A DNA stretch of 45,222 nt, taken from IMG/VR virus record IMGVR_UViG_3300020045_004499, positions 1 through 45,222 of that record; one strand, 5' to 3'. The notes beneath the pieces were generated by a model, which was given only the letters and a program-made list of their open reading frames with translations, did not search any database and had not been told where the DNA came from. Source of the DNA: a virus. Lineage: Duplodnaviria > Caudoviricetes. How positions within the stretch are numbered: the first letter of the stretch is position 1; every line of letters starts with the position of its first letter. Positions 17,353 through 24,797 of the stretch are shown in pieces. Made by a program: the position numbers and the translations under genes.

Positions 17353-17710
17353 AACGCCAGTTCGCACCGAAGTCACGAGCCCCGCCGTGCTGCGTAAGGC
17401 GCGGCGCATTGTGACGCTGCTGACGGGTGACGACATCTATTCTTGCGGCGATCCCGAGCACGCGCATAACAGTTACTGCCTGCTCAATGCTGCGCCCTGG
17501 CGCCGTGTCCCGCTTGCCGATTTCGTCAGTGTCGCGCAGTCGTGCATCACGCAGGCGAAGGACCGCAAGCCTGCAATCGCGCCATCGACGCGCACGAATC
17601 AATACGGCTGCGAACCTTCAGAGGATGTCTGCCTAGCTCACGATGAGCCGTTGGTTGGCCGCTCCAAGTGTGCGAGCGGCAAGCCTGCGAATCGAAAGGC
17701 GGCGAAGTGA
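17330..17710 (+). CDS. hypothetical protein
   Basis: Purine-rich RBS, ATG 17330 within ORF 16904..17710. Confidence 0.6.
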   Translation: MPKKTSLRTPVRTEVTSPAVLRKARRIVTLLTGDDIYSCGDPEHAHNSYCLLNAAPWRRVPLADFVSVAQSCITQAKDRKPAIAPSTRTNQYGCEPSEDVCLAHDEPLVGRSKCASGKPANRKAAK

Positions 17711-17982
17711 GCGACCCAGAGCTGGAGCGCGTCTACGAGCACATGCTGGCGCGGATCAAGCCGCGAGCCGGCGGCCCGCCGCCGCTACGGCATCCATGCC
17801 CGCACGGCGCGAGGAAGTCCCACTGCGAAAAATGCCAGAAGGCGCGCCGCGTGGTAGCTATTCGCGTGAGGTGTCCGCACGGCATCGCTCCAAAGCATGC
17901 GTGTGAAACCTGCATGCGGGAGTACGCGCGACAGTACTATCTCAAAGTCAGGAAGCCGCGACGTGAGAAGGGAGGTTTGTAA
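17707..17982 (+). CDS. protein with two CPHG...CxxC zinc-binding repeats
   Basis: CPHGARKSHCEKC and CPHGIAPKHACETC; GTGA overlap. Confidence 0.7.
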   Translation: MSDPELERVYEHMLARIKPRAGGPPPLRHPCPHGARKSHCEKCQKARRVVAIRVRCPHGIAPKHACETCMREYARQYYLKVRKPRREKGGL

Positions 17983-18019
17983 TGGAGTTTCTGCGACGTC
18001 TCTTCGGAATCATCTGGGT

Positions 18020-18103
18020 TTAGCGCCACCGCAGCACCGCCAGCGTGCCGAGAATAGCAACCGTGAGGATTAACGCTACCTCTCGGCGCGTTGGTCGATA
18101 CAT
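18020..18103 (-). CDS. tiny single-TM peptide (27 aa)
   Basis: MYRPTRREVALILTVAILGTLAVLRWR; TGATG overlap with the upstream stop. Confidence 0.4.
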   Translation of the reverse strand: MYRPTRREVALILTVAILGTLAVLRWR

Positions 18104-19566
18104 CAACCGAGTGTCAGCGGATGCGGGTACACATAAGGCGCGTAACCATCCGGCTTCCCCTTGATGAAATGCTCCCCTTCGCGCACCGTGCCGATCGCCC
18201 CGCCGTCAACGCCGCAGCCGATTTCCACGCCGTTGTTCTGGTTGAGCCACTCGTACACCGGGAATAGCGACTGGTCGTTCCAGCCGGCAGGTATCGCTGG
18301 GGCTGTATCAGGATTACCGCCTGCCAGCAGCGAGCCTCCTCCGCGACCGACGCCATCTAGCACCTGGAGCACGCGCCGAAGCTCGAACGTATCGCCAACC
18401 GCGAACGCCAGCGGCGGCGGCGTAAAGCCAGCGTTGTTCTTGAACGTGAGTTTTCCGCTCTCGTTGGCCGAGATGACGGAATAGGTATTCCGTTCCTCCG
18501 GCGCCACGTTCAATTTACGAATTGTGAATCCGCGCAGGTCCACGCTGTTGAGTTCGCCGAGGTCGGCAACGACGTAGAACTTACCGGAAGCCATCACCGT
18601 GAACGGTCCGGTGGGCATGTACGGCTCCAAATTGTCGTCGTTGATGTCCCACAGGCTCGTTCCGTCAGCCCCGCCGAACGGTGAAAACGCATGAACCGTG
18701 CGATGCTGGTTGAGCCTTGCCGCACTGCCGCCCTGGATCATGTTGATGCCGGTGTTTCCCCAGATCAACGCCCCGCCGCTGCGGATGTTGGACATCACGT
18801 CTTCGTTTTCAAACTGGTTGCCGTAGATTTCTACAGCTCGGGAACCGCGATTACGCCCGCTAGATTCAGTCCCGTGAACGGTGACGTGGCACTTGATGAA
18901 ACGGTTGTAACGGAAAACCGCCCGAGTCCCGCGGTAGCCGTCCATCCCGCGGCCCTGCAATGAGCCGTCGATGATGCAGTCTTCCGTGAAGAAAAACTCG
19001 CTGGAGCCCCACGCCACCGGAGCCGCCCACGAACGATCGCCCCAACGGTCAAATCCCGGCTCATTCGACGCGTGGTCCAGCGTCGGCGAGTTCCAATTCG
19101 GCGTATAAATGTACTGCGCCATACCGGCCGCCGTGATGATGTGGTTGTGATCGCTGACGCCGATCACGTTGTTCGGTCGCAATCCGACGCCGTTAAGCCT
19201 GTCCAAGACGCAATGGTCAAAGCGGAACTGCGTGCTTTGGACGTTCGTGCCGTTAATGGCGATGACGCCATCGGTGTTCGTCTTGATCCGTCCGCCATCG
19301 GCGAACCTGAAGCCACTGCCACGCTGAGTCTTGCCGATTGCCAGTTGCCAGTTGATCAGAGAGCCAGTCTGTACGCCGTCACGGATCAAGGGGTTGTCCG
19401 CCTTCAGGGTGAACGAGAACGGCACCCGAATGTCCAGCCGCTCGGTCCACGCCGCCTCACCGGCCGGAACCTGCACCACGTCGCCGTCCTTCTTGACCTT
19501 GGCGATTGCGTTCCGCACGTCGTTGAGTTGGCATGATGCCGCGACAATAGCTTTTGGAGGCTTCAC
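18103..19566 (-). CDS. right-handed parallel beta-helix (pectin-lyase fold) protein, putative polysaccharide depolymerase
   Basis: DVRNAI....GDVVQVPAG cap; repeated strands FRFDHC, VSDHN, FTEDC, VFRYNRF, EIYGNQF, IWGNT. Confidence 0.8.
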   Translation of the reverse strand: MKPPKAIVAASCQLNDVRNAIAKVKKDGDVVQVPAGEAAWTERLDIRVPFSFTLKADNPLIRDGVQTGSLINWQLAIGKTQRGSGFRFADGGRIKTNTDGVIAINGTNVQSTQFRFDHCVLDRLNGVGLRPNNVIGVSDHNHIITAAGMAQYIYTPNWNSPTLDHASNEPGFDRWGDRSWAAPVAWGSSEFFFTEDCIIDGSLQGRGMDGYRGTRAVFRYNRFIKCHVTVHGTESSGRNRGSRAVEIYGNQFENEDVMSNIRSGGALIWGNTGINMIQGGSAARLNQHRTVHAFSPFGGADGTSLWDINDDNLEPYMPTGPFTVMASGKFYVVADLGELNSVDLRGFTIRKLNVAPEERNTYSVISANESGKLTFKNNAGFTPPPLAFAVGDTFELRRVLQVLDGVGRGGGSLLAGGNPDTAPAIPAGWNDQSLFPVYEWLNQNNGVEIGCGVDGGAIGTVREGEHFIKGKPDGYAPYVYPHPLTLG

Positions 19567-19868
19567 AGATTACTATCCCTCAATTCTCCATGATGCTCGT
19601 CGTCATCATGACGCCTGTGTGGCGCAATAACCGTTAGGGGCATCAGCGTGCTCACGAGTTTGTCAAGGCTGGCCGTGAGCGAATCCATCTTCGTAGTAAT
19701 CGCCGAGAATCGCTTAGCGTCTTCGAGACGGATCACATCGCATTCCATGATGTGTCTATCCCACGCTGCAATTTTGGCCTTGAGTAGCCAGATTAACGCC
19801 GTGAACAGTGAGGCTCCTACTGCGAAGACAACCTGTTCGAAAGTAATGAACATGATTTCCCCCTCCAT
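19563..19868 (-). CDS. holin-like membrane protein (one TM plus coiled coil)
   Basis: VVFAVGASLFTALIWLL followed by a heptad region; located at the end of the late operon. Confidence 0.5.
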   Translation of the reverse strand: MEGEIMFITFEQVVFAVGASLFTALIWLLKAKIAAWDRHIMECDVIRLEDAKRFSAITTKMDSLTASLDKLVSTLMPLTVIAPHRRHDDDEHHGELRDSNL

Positions 19869-19954
19869 GGATTAGCGCGGCCTCGATTGATCCGTCATCT
19901 TGCCAACGATCTTTGGATCAGCGAACAGTGAGAACATGATGATCCTCCTTCATT

Positions 19955-21067
19955 CTACGATGCGACTGTGACGCCGAATTCAGTGCTGTTCACGTTCGAG
20001 GCAGTCCATGCGTTGCCGTCTGGGTCACGCTCGAAAATTCCCTGTTCCATCGCGTAGCTTGTGCTGAGCGCGATGTCTGCCCCGCTGTCAACTTCGGTAG
20101 TGCTTAATTTGGCCAACGCTCGTACCGCCCGCGCGGCACCATCATCCTTTCGGCATTGCATTGTAACCGAAACCACGGGGATGTTGCTCTCAGCGGCAAT
20201 CGTTGGGTAGGTGTATCGGTCCTTGTCTCCGGGAGTCCCGGAGTACACGTAGTCGGTGTCGCCGTTGGCTGTTGCGTCATCAACTTGTCCGTAGTTGTTC
20301 CCGGAATCCGCGCCGCCTCGAGAGAAGTCCGTCTCTGCGCTGTTTCCCGTTGGAAGCTTGCACGTGATCGCGAAGTCTCCGAGGAAATCCGTGTTGTAGC
20401 TTCCCGTAGTGTCGCAGTAATAGTGGTCATCGTAATACACGGTGAGCGGCGTAGCGGAGCCGTCAGTGTTTGCATTCGCTGAATTTACCACCCCTATGGC
20501 ATAGCTGGTTGCGTAATTGTTGGTAGTTCCACCGCGCGTATTTTGGCCTGTCAGAGCCAACCATCCTGAGCTAGAACCGTCAACACGAACCTCTAATGTC
20601 CCCGTCGAATCATGGATGTTAACCTTGCATTCAAGGTAATGCCATCGGCCAAGGGTCAGGCTCTTCGATGAAGTACCTAGCACCGTGCTACCTCTATATG
20701 CTCGAATCTGCCCGTCACGAAGAACGCGCAAGCTGCAATGCTCTAAGCCTCCGTCTAGGAATCCGATTATTTGCCCCCTGCCCTTCATCGTATCCGCGCT
20801 GTCGGCTATGCTTATCCAGGTCACGGGCTTTATGGAGAATCCCACTATCAGTGTCGATGGTGTCCCTGGTGCCGATTTCTGTACATACGACATTCCTGTA
20901 TTACCTAAATGGCTTCCTGTTTGAAGAAGTCCATTCGCTCCAGTCCTCGCCGCAGACGAACTAATAGCCATCGCTGTCATTCCACCTTGGCTGTATACAG
21001 TGCTCCACTTCTCGGGAAGATTTGCCGTTGCGTAGTGGTCGAATGAGTCAATGAATTTGCATGCCAT
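19955..21067 (-). CDS. tail fibre / receptor-binding protein with ConA/LamG-like domain
   Basis: DSFDHY...W, WHYLE.KV......G.LEVRVDG, YYDDHY, WT.S.VN..EFG; follows the tail genes. Confidence 0.7.
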   Translation of the reverse strand: MACKFIDSFDHYATANLPEKWSTVYSQGGMTAMAISSSAARTGANGLLQTGSHLGNTGMSYVQKSAPGTPSTLIVGFSIKPVTWISIADSADTMKGRGQIIGFLDGGLEHCSLRVLRDGQIRAYRGSTVLGTSSKSLTLGRWHYLECKVNIHDSTGTLEVRVDGSSSGWLALTGQNTRGGTTNNYATSYAIGVVNSANANTDGSATPLTVYYDDHYYCDTTGSYNTDFLGDFAITCKLPTGNSAETDFSRGGADSGNNYGQVDDATANGDTDYVYSGTPGDKDRYTYPTIAAESNIPVVSVTMQCRKDDGAARAVRALAKLSTTEVDSGADIALSTSYAMEQGIFERDPDGNAWTASNVNSTEFGVTVAS

Positions 21068-21076
21068 TGTCTTACC

Positions 21077-21397
21077 TCAAGGTGCGAAAATGAACTGTAC
21101 TACTCCGCTACGTACGCCGCCGATTTCTATAGCAACCTGACTCATTCTCAATATAGGGTCACCGGCCAATGACTCAACGGGAACCTGAGAGGCTCTTAAT
21201 GATGGATCGCCCGCAAGCGACTCAACGGGAACCTGAGAGGCTCTTAATGATGGATCGCCCGCAAGCGACTCAACGGGAACCTGAGAGGCTCTTAATGATG
21301 GATCGCCCGCAAGCGACTCTGCGGCAACTTGACTTGCCCGTGCGGCAGGGTCTCCCGCAAGCGACTCAACAGGAACCTGCGAAACGCGATCAGCCAA
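21077..21397 (-). CDS. small repeat protein (16-aa RASQVPVESLAGDPSL units), probable fibre spacer
   Basis: Five units plus a partial one; near-identical 48-bp DNA repeats at about 21171-21320. Confidence 0.75.
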   Translation of the reverse strand: MADRVSQVPVESLAGDPAARASQVAAESLAGDPSLRASQVPVESLAGDPSLRASQVPVESLAGDPSLRASQVPVESLAGDPILRMSQVAIEIGGVRSGVVQFIFAP

Positions 21398-21886
21398 CTA
21401 CAGGGCTCCAAGGAAATTCATGGACACGTCGGATAGCGTGTCATCCTGAGCGGTTGGCGTAACGATCGTCAAGTATTGCCCCGCTGTGAAAGCCTGCGAT
21501 GTTCCGCCTGACGTGGCGAAAGTAAACGTTCCGCCCGTTGATATCACAACCGTTCCGATGGTGCTACCGTTCCGCTTGACCGTATAGGTTGCCGTCGCTG
21601 AAGGGTTCGTCAGGCACTTGCCGTAAGATCCGCTGAAGTTGGCAGCGAATGTAACTGATCTCTCGAAAACTATAATGATGTACGTCGTATCGGCAGGCGG
21701 AAGTCCAGCATGCGAATAGATGACGTTGTAACGGGTCGGGATGATCAGTTCGGCGTCTGGAATGTATGCCGAAACGAAAGGCCACCGCTTTTGAAACCTG
21801 ACGTTGATGTAACCTTCCGGCGCAGCAGGAGTGTCATCACTGAAACGGAACTTAACAGGATCGCTTGGTTTTTTAGAGCGGAGCAT
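21398..21886 (-). CDS. minor tail protein
   Basis: Beta-rich; FSD.TPAAP.G..NV.FQ and TNPSATAT..V.RNG..IGT motifs. Start uncertain. Confidence 0.65.
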   Translation of the reverse strand: MLRSKKPSDPVKFRFSDDTPAAPEGYINVRFQKRWPFVSAYIPDAELIIPTRYNVIYSHAGLPPADTTYIIIVFERSVTFAANFSGSYGKCLTNPSATATYTVKRNGSTIGTVVISTGGTFTFATSGGTSQAFTAGQYLTIVTPTAQDDTLSDVSMNFLGAL

Positions 21887-24146
21887 AGTGATACTCCACC
21901 CAGGCGTCATACCATCGCAGGTGAGTGTTTGGTATAGATGCCTGACTGCTGAACGAATGCCACTGGATCATACGGAAGTGAACTTCGGACGCGCCTCCAG
22001 GAAATGCGCTTTCCCATTCGGCCGGGGTGAGGTCAGCCTCATATAATTGCTTCGGTGCGGCCTCATCTTCCCCGCCAAATAAAAACGCCGCCTGATAAGT
22101 GAAATATGCTGCGCCTGTCCTAGAATACTCAGCGCCTTTCCTGACATCAACAACGCTTATAGGGCTTACGTTTGGATTGTCCCATATATACTCAACAACG
22201 CTCCCAAGCTTGACTGCTGTCAGCGTTCGATTCGCTCTCGGCTCAGGGACACCGTAGAGGGCAAGTTGGTTGTATTCTGCGAATGAACTCGTGAACTCGA
22301 AACTTCCGAGAGCGTACGTGTATTCCGAATAGTCTATAGCGCTGTCTTTACCTGAGACAACATGGTAGACATCGTACGGAGGACCAACGTCAATTATTTC
22401 TGCGATAGTCGGTCGGACCCGTTCGACGTCAGGATTAACATTGAAATTGTCAACGTCAGCCGCGACGCTGAGAACCGTACGCGCGCGAACCTTGAGACGG
22501 TCAAGGTCGAAAAGCAGGGAAAGCGTTTTCACTTCCTGATTGATGTATCCGGGGTTGTAGAGATCCAGTCCCATCGAGTGAGTCAGGCCGATGAGTTGCG
22601 CCAGTTCCATGTCGGCGACGACCTGTGGTAATGGCAATTCCAACTCCTGCTGGTAAGTCCCAAGCTGCTGAGCCTCCATGCGCTTATCGACAGTCGATTG
22701 AGCCGTGTCGGCATCACGGATAAACGTAAGTTCCAATACTTCACGTTCGATCTTTTGCTCTGGCGAAGACGGGCTTTCCTCCTGCGGGAGATTTAGCACT
22801 TCCTGCTCTGTGGCGTTGTCTTGGACGAATCCTGCGTCGTGCTTCCCGGTTGCGTTGTTGTAGGCATACCGGCAGTCGATTTGATTGACGATCTTCTCCG
22901 GTAGCCACTCCATGAACGAACCGCGAAGGATGTGCTTGCCTTCGACGTAGACCGTTCGCGTAGGCGATTCCTCGGTAACGTACCGCAGTGTGATCAGGCC
23001 GCGCCGATTGACGAACATGTCCAAATGGAAATCACGCAGGAACTTGGCGAGGAAGTCTCGGGCTGTAATCTCCTCCGTTATTGCGCCGTCGCAGTAGAGC
23101 CCGAGCCCTTCAAACACTTCCCTCAATGCGCCAATTTCGTCAGTGTCGAACACGTTCACCGAAATCCCGGCCTTCTGGCAAATCAGGTAGGTCATGCCGA
23201 TGAAGAAGTCGATCGGGTTGCGAAGGGCTCCACCAGGCGGGCTTGCCTCGGCCTCCGGAAGATCTCCCCAGATGCCACGAAAGTCAATCCCGTCAACGTC
23301 TGCCCGTATCTCCGTGCCCTCCGGCTGCTGCCCGTAGAAGTCGAGATAGGTGTGCGTCATCTCGAAGCGGCCGAAAGGGTTGTCATCTTCAGCAAAAAAT
23401 CCGGTCGTGATTTCGTACTCTGCAGGGTCAACGACGACCCATTCGGAAGTGGCCATATCATCGTCGTTCACGATCTGCTCGCGGCGGTAGATAGCCACAA
23501 CCGAACTTACAGGATGGACCGCGACGGCGTATCGGTCTCGGGATGCAGGCGGGGATGCAGGGGGAGACTCTTCTGGCGTGAATCCGATATGCGGCAGTGG
23601 GATCACTCCTTCCGCGGTAGACGGCGACGTTTCCACCGACCGAACCTGCCCCTGAATGATTGGGATGAACTGCCCTTGATCCTTGGGCGCGAGGTCAGGA
23701 TACAGCGAGGTTATCGCCATGGCCGGAATCGGCTCATCCAGCCACGCGAACATGCGATCGCGGAGGGAGACTTGAATTGCGGCGGGCGTGAAAACGACGC
23801 TGACCACTTCGCCGACGAAAATGGGCGTGTAGGCGGCAAGGCTTGCGCCTTCAGGAAGGACTGTCAGGCGGATCAGGCGCCGGCGGGGTGTCTGCTTGGC
23901 CAGCAGGTCGCGCCACTTGCGGTAGTTGTCCGCAATGCGGATCTGCGCGTCGCTGATCTGCGGCAGGCCGGGCAGCAGCGGTATCGACTTGTGGACTGAG
24001 CCCCACTGGAGGACCGTCCCAGAGTAGATGACTTCAGCGGTCGGGGGCGACTCTGACGCAACCTTGCGAACCCGCTCAGCGGAAAACCGCTCCGTCCCCG
24101 TGTCGAGGATCAGCTCCGCGACGGTGATCCACTTTATTTGCGACAC
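21873..24146 (-). CDS. large minor tail / tail-tip (hub) protein
   Basis: 757 aa, located after the tape measure and Dit-like genes; IPIIQG, NPIDF, LDMFVNRRG features. Confidence 0.8.
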   Translation of the reverse strand: MSQIKWITVAELILDTGTERFSAERVRKVASESPPTAEVIYSGTVLQWGSVHKSIPLLPGLPQISDAQIRIADNYRKWRDLLAKQTPRRRLIRLTVLPEGASLAAYTPIFVGEVVSVVFTPAAIQVSLRDRMFAWLDEPIPAMAITSLYPDLAPKDQGQFIPIIQGQVRSVETSPSTAEGVIPLPHIGFTPEESPPASPPASRDRYAVAVHPVSSVVAIYRREQIVNDDDMATSEWVVVDPAEYEITTGFFAEDDNPFGRFEMTHTYLDFYGQQPEGTEIRADVDGIDFRGIWGDLPEAEASPPGGALRNPIDFFIGMTYLICQKAGISVNVFDTDEIGALREVFEGLGLYCDGAITEEITARDFLAKFLRDFHLDMFVNRRGLITLRYVTEESPTRTVYVEGKHILRGSFMEWLPEKIVNQIDCRYAYNNATGKHDAGFVQDNATEQEVLNLPQEESPSSPEQKIEREVLELTFIRDADTAQSTVDKRMEAQQLGTYQQELELPLPQVVADMELAQLIGLTHSMGLDLYNPGYINQEVKTLSLLFDLDRLKVRARTVLSVAADVDNFNVNPDVERVRPTIAEIIDVGPPYDVYHVVSGKDSAIDYSEYTYALGSFEFTSSFAEYNQLALYGVPEPRANRTLTAVKLGSVVEYIWDNPNVSPISVVDVRKGAEYSRTGAAYFTYQAAFLFGGEDEAAPKQLYEADLTPAEWESAFPGGASEVHFRMIQWHSFSSQASIPNTHLRWYDAWVEYHYAPL

Positions 24147-24148
24147 GG

Positions 24149-24607
24149 TTAATCCGTGATACCTGGTCCCGTAGGCTCTTCTGAAAGGTCAATTTGCAGG
24201 TCGACCAGTTCGCCGTGCCCGACGTTGGGATGCTGGCGAAGGATGAAATGCGCCTGCTTGCGGACGAACAGCCGCGTTGATGGTGATTCGTCTGTGTCCA
24301 CCATCCAAATGAACGGGTCGCGCTGCCCGCCTACAGCCTCGTCCAGCGTCTCGAAAGCTGCCATCTGCGCGAGAGTCAGCCGGAACGTCATCCGGCGAAC
24401 TTGCCGGTCAAACTGCGGGTACACCCACCGGCGGCCGCGCTCGGTCTCGTGCAGGATGTCGGCGCGTTCTTTGCCGTACTCCACGCCGATGCGCGATTGA
24501 ATCGGGAGCGTCACGAGGTCGCCGTCAATGACGGGATTTCCGCTGCCGTCGTAGTCCGGCTCACCGTTGGAGTCCAGCGTCAGCAGGTAGTAACCGGGTG
24601 CGCCCAT
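24149..24607 (-). CDS. distal tail protein-like
   Basis: Size and position; R.MTFRL...F......VGG...PFIW pattern. Confidence 0.65.
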   Translation of the reverse strand: MGAPGYYLLTLDSNGEPDYDGSGNPVIDGDLVTLPIQSRIGVEYGKERADILHETERGRRWVYPQFDRQVRRMTFRLTLAQMAAFETLDEAVGGQRDPFIWMVDTDESPSTRLFVRKQAHFILRQHPNVGHGELVDLQIDLSEEPTGPGITD

Positions 24608-24787
24608 CTATCGATGTCGGCCTAGCATAGCCGCCAGTTGTCGCCGGAACTTTTCTTGGATTCGCCGTTTTGCCTGCATATTGATTTCACGCTGCCTTTG
24701 CTCGCGCTCATGATGCTTCCGTACTTGCTCCTTCGCCTGCACCGCAAATCGCTGCAATGCTTTTTGCGCTAACTGGCTGAGCTTCAC
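24608..24787 (-). CDS. small basic helical protein (59 aa; not in the ORF track)
   Basis: GAGGA RBS, GTG start, MKLSQLAQKALQRFAVQAKEQVRKHHEREQRQRE...; stop abuts the next ATG. Confidence 0.6.
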   Translation of the reverse strand: MKLSQLAQKALQRFAVQAKEQVRKHHEREQRQREINMQAKRRIQEKFRRQLAAMLGRHR

Positions 24788-24797
24788 TGGTCGTCCT

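Noticed and set aside
21171-21320. 48-bp repeats as a CRISPR array or DGR template/variable repeat
   Set aside because: Contiguous coding repeats; no reverse transcriptase and no adenine-specific mismatches.
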